Source: Octopus vulgaris
Lineage: Eukaryota
NCBI GenBank assembly: GCA_951406725.2
Contig: OX597821.1
Location: forward strand, 66,898,001-66,962,000
DNA length: 64,000 nt
Direction: 5' to 3'
This document shows positions 27,546 to 41,736 of this stretch, piece by piece. Position numbers and translations under genes: made by a program. Every line of letters begins with the position of its first letter. Within the stretch, counting starts at the first letter, position 1. The notes under the pieces were generated by a model, which saw only the letters and a program-made list of their open reading frames with translations, had not been told where the DNA came from and searched no databases.

Positions 27546-30304
27546 GTATACATCCATATATATGTGTGTGCATGCGTGTGCGTGTGTGCGCGTGTGTTTG
27601 TGTGTGTGTTTGTAAGTATTAGCCTGTGCATGTGTCTTTATCTTCTGTCATCTTCGTATTCATTTATGTTCAAAGTTTTTTTTTTTATTTCTCTCCATAA
27701 GTTTTTTATGGCGTTTTTTCCTGATTGTATTTATGTTGTAATCTTTATCCATTTTTTTTTACACAGACAACTACTTTTATAAGTAAGTGTACATTTATCT
27801 ATATATTTATTAGTTGTGTTTTTAAATGTTTTTTTTTTTTTTTTTACCGTACATTTAATCTTCTTGTCTGTCTGCATGTTTTTTTTCCCCCCAATTGTGT
27901 TTTTCTACTAAATGTATTTTGTTCATAAACATTATAAACAAAATTCACAATAATGAAATACTTATTACTCGACACAACATTTTATAAGTAACGTCAGCAA
28001 ACCTTCAGCCAAGCAGATAGCATAGTCATTTGCTATCTATCGATCAATTAATTATAATCAAAATGTCCGTTTGTATTTAAGGGAACTGTACCACGTTTTC
28101 TTTATTTTGTTGTCGTCTATCCCACGTGAGGCTATAATGGCATATCATTGATCAAAGGAGTTTCTGGGATGTCTTTTCATCTTGTCAATAGTGCATCTAG
28201 GATTTTGTTATTAAAATCTATACCTGAAGACCGCAGTGTCAAATTATAGTTATTCATTTTGCTTTTATTATATAAATTGTAATATTACCTGTTCAGTCTC
28301 TGTTTCTGCAATGCATCAAATATAATTGAGAATAAAATTCTATGTGAAAATATAAATATAGAATTTTATATATATATATATATACATGAATTAGAAAGTA
28401 TAATAAGAAAAATATTTTTAACACTTAAGTTCATGAAAAGTCATTAATTAAATTTACATTAAAGATTTTAAATCCTTGAAAAACAGTGATGCGAAACGAA
28501 ATTTCTATACTTTAATATTTAAATTTGAATAAAAAGTTGATCAAAGAATTTTTTAATACGAAGACGGTATAGTATGCGAGAAAACAGGTTTATTATTACA
28601 ATATGTTGTCTTTTAGTTAGATAGGTGGATATTTTTGGTAAGATTTTAAGTATGACAATAGAATGGAAACAGTTTTGTAAAACTATTAATAGTTCCCCAG
28701 TAACATCATAACGAACCAGTATATCAACACACAATATGATAAAATAGCAACCAAATTCTTTACTATTTTAAAAATGAAAGAGCAATTGTATGGCGTAGTC
28801 CTAATAATTAAAAAAAAAGATGATAATATCTTGGCTCGAACACATTTGATCAAAGATATGTTGATTCACCAGAGACGAAACAACAACCCACTCTATTTGA
28901 AGCGTATCGTAATGCAGAAGTTCAAAAAACGTGGTTCAACTAAAATAATATTATATTTCTTTACTCATATAAGAAACTTTTCTCATAAGCGAGAAGCAAA
29001 TATCAATGCTGACTTTTTCGTGATACAAATCTTCCGCTTTCTTACGTCCTAAATCATAAGCTTTATGAAGTTTCAACCTTTTCAGAGGCTTCTATACAAG
29101 TTTGATTACATATTTTACAAGAATGTATGTTTTCTCCCTATCTTCGGATTTCGATTCTTTCTTCGCATTTCTATTTTCTACAATATTGATCCTCCCACTA
29201 CATTGTAATGTTCATTCAACACATTTTTGCGCCCGAAATCCTACTTATCTGTGAGTTTGGAATCCCTTGGCTATTATCAAGGCTTCAAAGGTATGTTTCT
29301 CAATCAAAATAAGGCCGGTGATTAGGAGTAGAGTTTGAAGTCAGATCGTAAACCGCTGAAATGCAACGCAAAGGAACTCAGCGAAAGTTCTAGCATATCG
29401 ACAATCCATCACATGAACTGACTGACATTGCATTTATCGATCCAGAAACCATGAAATACAAAGTTGTCGTCGATGATATTTGAACTCAAGAGATCAGAAC
29501 TACCTCAAGACACTTTGCACGTTGCTCCAACATATTTGTCATAAATCGTCGCCTTCAATGAGATCAATAATTATAGTCATGGCAATTCATATATCATATT
29601 TTCCACTGTATTCCTACCACTCACTATGAAATGATAATCAAAATTTACTTTACTCGGACTCAAAAAATCCATCGAAAGCTTCTTCTCATTCCATTGTTTA
29701 TGAGTTTAGGTTTATATGAGGAATTCTTGGTTGCTATTTCTTTGAAGTCAAGTCATCACATAAGAGGCGCCTTTATTTGCTCGTTGCTGTTACGCTACTT
29801 TGATACTTAGATATAAGTTGGCCCCTACTAACAAGACATCATCAAAGCTATGGCTATCATCAAGAATATACCCGATTCTCCTCAAACATGGTGTTATCTC
29901 GAAATTACGAAAACGACAGCGGGGAGTGCAATTTGAATATTTTTTTACGCAAAAGTAAAGCCTACCACAGAAAATCACTGTGTAACAGGTTTTAAAGTCC
30001 GATGATAGAAAAAAAAACGCATTTTTTATAATATGCCGCCAAAGAAGGTCAAAACTTCAAAGGTGCGAGTTATAACGTAAGAAAACGTAAAATTATTATT
30101 CCAATAAGTTGGTTGTTGTTTACAGACAAGAGGATGAACGCTTAAAGGCAATATCAGCTGACTGTTCGTGGTATTACAGTTAAAGGAAATTTTGAGAAAA
30201 ATGATGTTATGACCAACACAGTAAAATACATAGAATGAAAAGGACAACATTGAAAGTTTGAAGATATAGATTCACCTTCCCTCGAAATCAGATTCCTCCG
30301 ATTC

Positions 30305-30700
30305 TCCACATTGCTTGCATGATATCATGCTGGGGCAGCACTACGAAGAATTTAATAGCCGAATGAATCGACCCCAGAACTTATTTTCTTATAAATCCTG
30401 GCACTTATTGTCTCTCCCTTTTGCCGAATCACTAACTTATAGGGACATAAGCACGCAAACACCTGTTGTCAGGCAGTGGCGGGTGACAAAATCAGACTAA
30501 AAGACACACATACACACACGCACACACACACAAATACACATACGGAGGGCTTCTTTCAGTTTCTGCCTACCAAATCAATTCACAAGGTTTTGATCCACCC
30601 GAGGCTATAGTGGACTGCACTCACCCAAGGCCCCACGCACTAGGACTGAACCCAGAACCTTGTGGTTGGCAAGTAAGTTTCTTTCAACACAGCCAGGCTT
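30305..30700 (-). mobile_element. Diverged family-B SINE
   Basis: Both modules recognisable, with a (CA)n linker. Confidence 0.75.
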
Positions 30701-31478
30701 GTGCCAATAATTTACGTGCCAGTTAAACTTTTAAGAAAGTGGTATGTGCTTTTACAATGGATTGGCTACTATTTGTTGGAGATCGCAAGACCAGGTAGAA
30801 TTAATTTCGTTGGCTACTTGATGTCATTTTTGGCTTATGCTGTTGCCGTTAAACTCCTGGTCAACGTCTGTTGGACATACTCATAGAATCAAAGCAGATT
30901 AGTACATGACCGTACGATTATGTTCTTTATCTGCGTCTATTTAGATTTGAGGGAGAGTTGGTTCCTATTTGAAGCTGGTCGACTGAGTTGGTTCCTATTT
31001 GAAGATGCACCGCCTGATGTGTCGAGATGACGTTTTTAGCAATTGGAAAAACAATGACAGAATTAGAAGCGCGGACATTAAATGTAAATATGCAAATATA
31101 TAAATGTGAAAGAGAAATTGAAATGATGGGGAGCGACGGGAGAATGTATGTTGGCTGGCTGGTTGGTTGGTTGGTTGGTTGGTTGGTTAAGAGTCATGTG
31201 AAGTAGGAGACAGAAACTGTGATAAGATAAAGGATAAACGAATAACGCGTCAGGAGGAGGAGGAGGAGGAGGGGAAGAATAAAAGTGACAGACAGAGAAG
31301 CAGACAGACAGGCAGATGTTCGAACAGGTAAATAATAGAGAGAGACAACTTTTATCGGGAAAACAAAACCGCATCAAAGCTTGCCAAACGTGACAGAGTT
31401 TTAAGAGAGAGAAATGACACATATAGAAAAAGAAGTTATTTGAGCGAAAGAGAAAAGTGAAAGAACAGAAACAGAATA

Positions 31479-31640
<162 letters not shown>

Positions 31641-32048
31641 GGGTAGATAGGTCGATAGATGGAGACAGAACGAAAATAAAGATGGCATAAATCGTGAGAT
31701 GGCAAGAGAAGAGTGATAAGAAAAAAATGGAAAAAAATATTATATATAACAGAAAGTAAAGATTTATACAAATAACAAAAATATAAAGGAAACGTGAAAA
31801 ATATAGATGTGCGAATGTTTTGTTAGTTATTTTAGTCTGAATCATTCTGAAATTGTAATGTCTTTTGTTTATTTTCTCTTGATTTCATCGAAATTGACAT
31901 AAAAACTTGTGAAATGTATAAATTATTCGCCACATTTTCGTAATTTGGCACTTTAAATGGATTTAATTCTACTAAAAATTACCAACATTTATCTGGCATG
32001 CATTTAAACATTTTTTCCCCACTCTCTTGTCTTCATTCTATACCACTA

Positions 32049-32089
<41 letters not shown>

Positions 32090-33149
32090 CTCTCTTTATT
32101 GATATTCAAAAAATATTATCTCTTTTATCTGTCTGATTTACGGCTATATTTACTTAAAGTAACATTTTCTGAAATAATCGATTTTATACATCAACATTTC
32201 ATTTTAAGGAAAAGTTTTACTCGTGTACAGCTCTCTTTAATTTATTTGGCATAACAACAATTGAGCGACTATCCCTGATCTCCAGAGATAAACTCACCAT
32301 TTCAAACTACCGAAATTCCAAACTTTAAACTCTTCTTTCTTTGCATTTATTTTTGCTTTAGTTGCTGTCGTTATTTTTATTTTATTTTATTTTGTTCATC
32401 GTCAATTAAATTGGTTTCAAGGAGAGATATGGAAATGATTTGTGTTTGTTTTCTCTGTATATGTGTGTGGGTGAGAGAGAGAGAGAGAGAGAGAAAGAGA
32501 GGGGGTCACAGAGAGAGACAGGCAGAAAGAGAGGGTCAATGAGGGAGAAAGGGTGGGAAAGAAAGAGGGTGGGAGAGAGGAGGAGAGTGCGAGAGATAGA
32601 CTCTGTTTGTAGCAAATCAATCTTAATAAAAATATTTAAACAACAGAAGAAAAAAATAATTAATATGATAACCTTGTGTAACTTTAAGCATAAATTTAAA
32701 GAATTATTAAGAAAGAGAGAATAAGGAAAAAAGCTAAAGAAAGGAAGAAAGGGAGAAGGAAGAAAAGAAAGAAGTCAACAATCAAACATTGTTCTCTTTT
32801 CTTGGCTATCATCACTGTCTATTGAAGCTAACACTTGATTTCTCTGGAGTTCGAGACTCCGATACGCAGACAGCATACACATGGTTAGTGACACAAATTC
32901 TCCAATTTACGGCATGAAAGCCAACTTTGAAAATTGAAGAAACAATTATGCTTGTTAGTTAACATACGTCGTGTGCCACAGCATCGTTAGTTATGTGATC
33001 AGCATTTTAAAAATGAAATAGATGTGCTGAACTAATAGTTGTTATCGATTGAAGGAAGAATACAAGTAGATGTTGAGTTATGGGAATACAATTTTATTTC
33101 CTGCCTTCAAGTCAATCAACAGTTATTACGCTATTTATTGTATAAGTGA

Positions 33150-33345
33150 AAGCGTATGGCCTAGTGGTTAAAACGCTGTCCTCGAGGTTGTGAGGTTTGG
33201 GTCAGATTTCCGTCCGGAGTGGCGAGTTGTGGCTTTAGGTGAGGCATTTCATTTCGTAATTGTTTCCATCAACCCAGATAAAAACGAGTACCTGTAGCAG
33301 TTGGGGTTAATCATGCGACGGAGTAGCGTTCCGCCAAGGGATGCC
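33150..33345 (+). mobile_element. Degenerate tRNA-headed SINE
   Basis: GCGTATGGCCTAGTGGTTAA A-box head; later TGCGACGGAGTAGCGTTCCG. Confidence 0.55.
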
Positions 33346-34354
33346 ATCACAGGTAGTAGTAGTACTGACCTCTTGATGTTTTGGTTCTATAAAATGGTTA
33401 GCATGATTACCCGAGTTAAATGTCATATCGGCGTCTACTTGTAGAGGATTGTCCAGTTCCTGGATTGTATAGTTCATGGAGAAACTAGACTTAAGGTAAC
33501 ATTATTATCGACAATGATGTTTTATGAACTGAATCAGCAGAACTAGAAGAGCTAAAGTAAAAAAAAATTGGCTTGCAATATTTAGCTACGTCCCTTAACG
33601 TTCTGAGTTCATATTTCACCTAAGTCAATTTTTTAGTTCATTCTGTCGACCGAGTTATGGTTTCATGCTTCCGGGATTAATGAAGTAAATGTCAAAAATA
33701 GCTGTGTGTTTGATAATATAAGTACCAGTTAAAATACTGGAGTTAATGTTAATTATTTCGGACTCGATAAAATAGTTATATGTAATTATTTTTAGCGCTG
33801 TTGTTTTATTGAATCCAGTATCGTTGGATTCATTTTTATCACTTAACTAGTGGCAACAACTGATAATTCCACTCTAAATGTTACTTATCCATCAAAATGC
33901 CACGTAGGGCCAAAAATATATTTTAAGAAAGCTTTTCTTTCTTCATATCAGAATACCATGAATTGATTTCGTGTTTAAGGTATCCACCATCTCAACATAA
34001 TATCTAAATATTCTAAAGCATAGAACCACAGAAGCAAAATATTCTTCAAGCTGATCTTAGTTTTAAATGCTAAAAAGGTTTTTAAACATTCATGTAATAA
34101 TAGCGCTGAAATACTTGGAGCTGGCTTCTTGCAACTTTTTAACGCCAGTTTACTTATAACAGGGCATATCTGTGGGATTTATAGCCAAAGACGTTCCAAT
34201 AATGACCATCTGTCTTATTTTTAGATAGTTTGACTAGGATTTTATTATCCATGTATTCTTTTTATCAAAATGGTTGTGTGTGATTTGAAAGAGATTTACT
34301 TGGAAGTAAAAGATTTGTTGCTAGTTTAAAATACTCATAATATGATTGGACAAG

Positions 34355-34640
34355 CATGGCTATGTAGTGAGGAAGTCTCACTGCTCGACATTTCGGGCAA
34401 GGGTTCTCTACTATAGCCTTCGGTCCACTAATGCCTTGGGAGTAAATTCGGTTCACGAAATCTGTGTGGAAGTTCCTCCTATAGGTATGTGTGTATGTGT
34501 GTGTATGTGTTGGCCACCAACATCGCATGATTATCTGTGTTGGTTTCGTTACTTCTCCGTAAATAAGAGGTTCGGCAAAAGCAACCGATGTGTAAGTACC
34601 AAACTTACTGCAGCTTCGATGTCCAGCAATTGAAACGTTC
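34355..34640 (+). mobile_element. Diverged family-B SINE
   Basis: CTACTATAGCCTTCGGTCCAC...CAACATCGCATG...GGTTCGGCAAAAG. Confidence 0.65.
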
Positions 34641-34815
34641 AGAAGGGGATTATATAAAGAGACTGGAAGTTTATGGACACACTAACAGTTTTGTAAAACC
34701 TCTCGGTGAGAATCAAACGAAGATAATTCATGCCTAACGTGAAAGAAAAGCGAAACCGGTACGGAAATGTTTTTTATAAAATTATTTTAGCATTTTCTAC
34801 CTTGACTTTTTTTTA

Positions 34816-34877
<62 letters not shown>

Positions 34878-34994
34878 ATATGCATATATGTATGTATATA
34901 TATACCTATATCTATATTTAATCTATCTATCTTTATATATGTATATATATGTGTATGTGTGTGTATGTATGTATAAGAAATTTTGAATTTAGTT

Positions 34995-35059
34995 GACGGA
35001 CTCCCAGTGCTACCTTTGCGGACCACAAGGTGTCGCAAACCCCGGGTTAGGAACCACTG
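34995..35059 (-). mobile_element. hAT-like terminal fragment
   Basis: Minus strand begins CAGTGGTTCCTAACCCGGGG, typical of Charlie/hAT TIRs; second end not found. Confidence 0.4.
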
Positions 35060-35219
35060 ATCTAGAGGAAATTTCAGATGATTAAACTGGTAAACCTGCT
35101 CTTTGATATGCAACCCGTCTTTTACAACCAAACACTTTATAATGTCATCCACTCACGTGTCTACTTGTTCAACTGAATGGTTTCTGTCGTTTCTGTCGTT
35201 TCCGTTGTACAGTGTCATT

Positions 35220-35365
35220 ACGGTTTCAAATTCTGTCACAAGAGCAGCAATTTCGAGGCTGTGGTTAAGTCGATTACATTGACTCCAGTATATGACAGGT
35301 ACTTATTTGGTCGACCCTGAAAGGGTAAAAGGCAACGTAAACCTCGGCGGAATTTGAACTCAGCA
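35220..35365 (-). mobile_element. Family-A SINE fragment
   Basis: GGTACTTATTTGGTCGACCCTGAAAGG...CTCGGCGGAATTTGAACTCAG. Confidence 0.75.
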
Positions 35366-36122
35366 ATAGCACCAATGTCGATTTAGAAAAATCCCTGTCT
35401 ACAGCTAATCTAAGAATATACTAAAGTTTCAACATAGAAAGTGAGGTCTTATATTAAGAATAAAAGAAAAAAATCCTCCCCGAGCCATATAGAGTAAGAG
35501 CATCGGTTCTCGGGTTCTCTGGCATATATACCCGCCGCTCACCGTGTACGAAATGCTTGTGCGAAGTAGGGTTACACATTTCTGATAACTGAGTAGTTTA
35601 GAAAAAACGAGAAATAAAGAGCTTTTTCTTAAAAAAAAACTCAATGCATCAACTGGTCCAGGTATCGAAACCACAATCTTACGATCACGAGACCAACACC
35701 CTAACCACTAAGCCGCACACTTCACACATGTTGACCCTCCCCACATTCTCCCATTGTGCAAAGGTATATTCTTTAACACTATTCTCAGTATGTTACATAA
35801 TAAGCTGTCAAAACACACGAATATTACACTACAGATTTCAAAAATAGAATATCACTTGAACATTTTCCCGTCAACTGATTAAGATCTGCAAGAGATACAT
35901 GTTTCTACTTCAAGTTGAATCGCCAGCCCCGCTGACAAATACTTGTAATTAAGGAAATTCTTCGTGTAGGCGTCTCGCACGCCACCAGTTATGCAACATA
36001 TATCTCATGGAATACTCTAGGGATTATTAAATGCCATCATGTGCTGCGCTGCTATTTAGCTTTTTACATCGATGGTAGATAAATGCATGAATATCTTCTC
36101 TCATCCGTTTTCATACTCTTCT

Positions 36123-36153
<31 letters not shown>

Positions 36154-36237
36154 GTCTCTCTCTCTCTCTTTCTCCACACACACACACACGAACACACATA
36201 TATATATATATACATATATATACACATATACATATAC

Positions 36238-36271
<34 letters not shown>

Positions 36272-38313
36272 GTACATATACATATATAAGCAAACATCTA
36301 TATATATATATATATATACATATGTGTGTATATATATATATATATGTGTGTACATATACGTATATATGTACATGTATACATATGTATATGTATATTTGTA
36401 TTTAAGTATATTTCCAGATGTACTATGTATATTCGAACGTATTTATCTCCACACATATTCCTTTAGCTGCGTATGTGCGTATGCACGTGTGTATATTTGT
36501 GTGTGTGTGTATGTATATGTTTGTGTGTGTGCATGTAATTATACATGTATGTATGTAAGTACCAGTGCCAACACGCTATCTTTAACATAGTGCTTGCTTT
36601 GGCACTAGCAAGATCAATGAGAAAAAGAGTCCCGAAAAAGAAAAGGTTACTTAATTGATGTACATACTCGGAGTCAAGTATAAGTCGATCATCTCAAAAT
36701 ACACTTATTATCATAAATATGATATTCCACAAATAAAAAAAAGAGCATATAAATATATTTATTGGGAAAAATATTGAAAAAAAGTTTACATGCGAGAGTA
36801 ATAAAGAAACGAGGATAGTTATCTTTGGATGTGCTAGAAACAACAGCCAAATCGCCCTTAAATTAATTTTCCCTCTGAAAATATTTACAATCTTAAAAAA
36901 TTGGTTTACCGAAAATACTCTTCCCATGGTTTGGAAGTGCAGAGAAAAATTGGCCAAAATAGGTCCGGATTTGGATGATGAGGGATGGGATGTGGTAGAT
37001 AGGAAGTAAGAAACATGTAGTGTTAAGGACGTGAACGTTCTGTACACACTTACTCATTTTCATTTTCATCCATTGAAAGCTATGGAAATAGTTTAATCCC
37101 GACCCACAACCCCACCACTGTATTAGCAAAGAACAGGAGGTAGTTTTCTTCTATTAGTTTTCTCAAAGACGCTCTACACAATGAATAGGATATCGCTACC
37201 TTACGTATTGCATTTTATAATTTTTCTGAATTATTATTTGAAATAGTTTGGAGAGACGAGAAAAGGGAGAACAGATGATCGGTTTTGTGGATGGCCAAGA
37301 AAAGTTGAATGACGGTTCGAATTATTTTCACTCAAGATACATCACCTAAATGTTTGCTAAGGAATGAAAATTGCTAAAGCACTCAGAACCGATGTAGTGG
37401 AAATAAATTGTATGACGAACTAACATCAACTACTTCAGAACAGGAAAAAATATTTGGTTGGCTTCCACGCTGTTTCTACCTCCTATATTCCCCCCACAAG
37501 CCTGCGTTAGACCCAAAGCAATAGACTGAGACGTTTGTTTATCTGTAAAATTGCACAATTGTGGCAAGAACAAAACCTGTTTCGATTCTCTATCGAGCTT
37601 CACATGACATCAGTTCATTTCATTTCCACCATCAATAATCTACCATTACAGCGTATCAAATCTGTTTTCTTAAAATATAGGATATGTTTCCCTATTCGAA
37701 AATATACATGTTATATCATGTACGTTTACATCCTCTCTTTTAATTATTGTTAAGAATGTAAACATTGCAATGATTTATTTTATTTATGATTTAATTTTCG
37801 TATATCTGCACCAAATTTCGTGACAGTTGCTTGAATATTTTGATGGAGATATAAACTGCGCATATTGAGCAGATGGTTTCTATTATCTGTGTTTATAAAT
37901 CCATATCCGGTATATGATTCTCGAAAATATGTTTATGGAGGTTATCTCTGTTAACTTCGAGAAAAGTAGAGAAAATAAATAGATCTCGTAAATAACTTGA
38001 TTTTAACGAAGACTTCAACCTGAATATGCGCATAATAAATCAACTCTCCAGCTTGTAGATCCTTATCTAAGGATGTACGCAAGCCGTAATTTCTTCGGAC
38101 ATTTTGCAAATATTCTATATTTCATGTTGAGGAATTCATATAGAACACCATATTTGGATAATTTAGTCCATATCATTACAAAATTTCTAGCATTCATGTT
38201 TCGTATATTATACATAGTTCCTTTAAACTTTCACCACAGATTCCACAAGAAACTGGATTTCGGTCCTGTTTCTATTCCCAGTATTCGTCCATTTACATGA
38301 TACATAAATGTAT

Positions 38314-38652
38314 GGCGCATGGCTCAGTGGTTAGAGCGTCGAGCTTACGATCGTGAGGTTGTGAGCTCGAATCCCGGACCGGGCTGCGTGTTGTGTTCTT
38401 GAGCAAGGCACTTTATTTCACGTTGCTCCAGTTCACTCAGCTGTAGAAATTAGTTGCGACGTCACTGGTGCCAAGCTGTATCGACCTTTGTCTTTCCCTT
38501 GGATAACATTGGTGGCGTGGAGAGAGGAGGCTGGTATGCATGGGCGACTGCTGGTCTTCCATAAACAACCGTGCCCGGACTTGTGTCTAGGAGGGTAACT
38601 TTCTAGGTGAAATCCCATGGTCATTCATGACCGAAGGGTGTCTTTACCCTTT
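38314..38652 (+). mobile_element. Full-length tRNA-derived SINE, family C
   Basis: A box TGGCTCAGTGG, B-box-like GCTCGAATCC, TTCTTGAGCAAGGCACTT body; second copy inverted at 58004-58338. Confidence 0.9.
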
Positions 38653-38684
38653 TACATACATACATACATACATACAAACACACA

Positions 38685-38752
<68 letters not shown>

Positions 38753-39289
38753 CATAATATTATTACCTATTCGGATATGCTTGTGGTACGTTTGGACAAA
38801 TTAAGCAAGTTGGATCAATAAGCAAGGTGTTTTTACACTATTGTCAACACCGAGAATTTCTCTCCATGACAAATCATAGTAAATGGCTTGGTTATTTGTC
38901 CAAATGTACCACAAGTACAATTGAACTGGTAATAACACTGCATTTATACATATCATTGCTTAGCGCTCATACTTCGTTATACATATATATAGTTACGTTT
39001 ATTTGCCAACAGAATTTCCGGACCTATAAAGGACTATGTTACATCTTTTCCAACTCTCTATAAACACACAGTCTGTGTCCGTATTGTGTGTGCAAGAGAG
39101 GTCATCGCTACTATCTCTATCCTTACGTGATATTCACAGACAATGGTTTCTGCATGGTTACCCGTCCTGAGTGAGAGCGATGACTTCCTTTTACTACTTC
39201 CGTGGTTCCACTAGTTATGAAACAACTAAGATCGCGCTGTTTTTTTTAAATTTAAATTTGTTTAAAAGTTTAATTAAAAATAACAACTA

Positions 39290-40100
39290 ATTTATCAATA
39301 ATGTATTCACCCTTGATGTTTACAACTTCTTCCCAACGTTCAGCAAGGTTTTCAATACCTCGTTGGTAGAAATCACCCGATTTCGACTCGAACAACCGAT
39401 CCAGCCAAGCTCTCAATTCTCCATCACTATTGAATGAAACTCCGCGCATAGCATTTGAAAGAGGTCGAAAGAGATGGAAATCCGTTGGTGCCAACTCAGG
39501 AGAGTACGGCGGGTGTGGCAGCACCTCGCAGCCATGCATTTGAAATGGATTGCTCGGTCATACTGATCATATGAGGGCGGGCGTTGTCGTGCAGCAGAAG
39601 AAATTCATGCTGCCGATTAGCTATTTTCTCTTGAACAGCCGTGTTGTGTCGTTCCATCTGTTAAACATAGAGTTCCGCGTTGACTTGTTAATTCCGTTCA
39701 AGCAATTCGTAAAGGATAATCCCTTCCCAGTCTCACCATACGCACAACATCCTTTTACACATATGAAGATTTTGTTTCACATGTGGTGTCGCTTGTTTAC
39801 CGTGGCTAAGCCATTCTTTACGCTGCTTCAGATTAATGCACAGTCACCATTTTGCGTCGCCAGTAACGATTCGGTAAATATATTGTTGCTTGTGTCCATG
39901 AGTTGAGCGGTGACGAGCAAGCAAACCAGCCGAGATTGTGGCGCGTTGATTTTTGTTTTTGTCACTTGAATCATGCGGAACTCATGCTCCATACTTCTGA
40001 ACCTATCCCATCGAGTGAAGATGCTTCTCTATAGTTGTGTTGGAGCATTCCATTTTCTCTGCCAGTTTCCTTGTCGTTTGACGAGAATTTTCGTGCAAAA
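39290..40100 (-). pseudogene. Mariner transposase pseudogene (catalytic region)
   Basis: Motifs *VPHD (WVPHEL), IVTGDAKW, LLHDNARPH, HPPYSPELAPTDFHLF, RWEEVVNIKGEYIID; contains in-frame stops. Confidence 0.95.
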
Positions 40101-40326
40101 GTTAGTTTAATCGTTCTTCATCGAACTCAACTGGACAGTCAGAACGAGGTGCATCAGTTCATTAATATGGAATGTCAAGTTAAGAAAAACGAGCATTTGC
40201 GACACCTCCCTCATTTTGCTTTTAATCAAGATTCTAAGGCCTCAAAAGCTGCTCGCGACATTTGTGCTGTGTATGGAGAGCGTCACATACATGAATGAAC
40301 CGTTGGTATGCCAAGTTCAAAAATGT
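40101..40326 (+). pseudogene. Mariner 5' UTR and transposase N-terminus, inverted relative to the rest of the element
   Basis: ATG at 40167: MECQVKKNEHLRHLPHFAFNQDSKASKAARDICAVYGE, then RWYAKFKN (mariner HTH). Confidence 0.85.
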
Positions 40327-40504
40327 ATTTGGCATGTAGAGTAGCTTGCGGTCTACCACTTGTTTGGATAATTTGCTACTTCCTTGGTTCCGCTCGTTAT
40401 GAAACATATGTAGCCTGAATTTCATCTAATCCATTCCCTAATTTTCGGACACACACACACACACAAATATATATGTACATATATAGAGACACTACACATA
40501 TACG

Positions 40505-40535
<31 letters not shown>

Positions 40536-40540
40536 ATATA

Positions 40541-40603
<63 letters not shown>

Positions 40604-40791
40604 CTGTGTATACACGTTTCTGAATTTCTGTTGCAAGATTCCTGATGTGAAGTCGTAAGTGGAAACAGATAGTGTCGCTGGGAGGTCACAGATGTGTGAA
40701 GATTTCCGGACAATGGACACGAGTTAAAGTAAGAACAGTAATAAACAAGTGAAAAAATATATATAGAGAGACTTAGTAATTTTAATATTTC

Positions 40792-40827
<36 letters not shown>

Positions 40828-40829
<2 letters not shown>

Positions 40830-41050
40830 TTTTACATTTTTACTTGTTTCAGTCAATTATTGAGTGTGCTCATGCTGGAGCACCGCCTTTAGTCGAGCAA
40901 ATCGACCCCAGGACTTATTCTTTGTAAGCCTAGTACTTATTATATCGGTCTCTTTTGCCGAACCGCTAACTTACGGGGACGTAAACACACTATTATCGGT
41001 CGTCAAGCGATGTTGGGGGACAAACACAGACTCATAAAACATACACACAG

Positions 41051-41109
<59 letters not shown>

Positions 41110-41269
41110 CGACGGGCTTATTTCAGTTTCCGTCTACCAAATCCACTCACAAGACTTTGGTCGGGCCGAAGCTATAGTAGAAGACACTTGCCCAAGGTGC
41201 TATGCTGTGGGACTGAACCCGGAACCATGTGGTTGGTGAGCAAGCTACTTACCACATATCCACTCCTAC

Positions 41270-41272
<3 letters not shown>
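40828..41272 (-). mobile_element. Full-length family-B SINE
   Basis: Both modules with a (CA)/(TA) linker. Confidence 0.92.
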
Positions 41273-41328
<56 letters not shown>

Positions 41329-41393
41329 AATTTCTTTCGTAATGAAATAAAAAACCAAGTCTGTGTAGATTTTAGAACTTTTATACATAGAAA

Positions 41394-41441
41394 GTCTTAC
41401 AGCTGTTTCCAGGATATTTATTATATCCCTTCATCGGAGAC
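41394..41441 (-). ncRNA. Putative minimal type-I hammerhead ribozyme (CCGAUGA core variant)
   Basis: Minus GTCT-CCGATGA-AG-GGATAT-AATAA-ATATCC-TG-GAAA-CAGCTG-TA-AGAC; palindromic stem III ACAGCTGT, GUA triplet. Confidence 0.7.
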
Positions 41442-41592
41442 GGTGTGAGAGGATGGTTAAGTCATAGTTAATTTCGATAACCCCTTATTCGCATAATCAG
41501 CGAACCTGGAACTTAACTATGGTCTATCTATAGCACTTATTCAGCAGTACCTGACATCTTTGGGCCTCAGTGATACCCTTACCTCTCATAAC

Positions 41593-41648
<56 letters not shown>

Positions 41649-41691
41649 TATCTATATACGTACATTCAACTATTTATAATCATATCTATAA

Positions 41692-41736
<45 letters not shown>

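Noticed and set aside
38314-38385. tRNA gene
   Set aside because: A and B boxes are present but there is no acceptor stem, and the sequence runs into a SINE body with a second copy at 58004-58338
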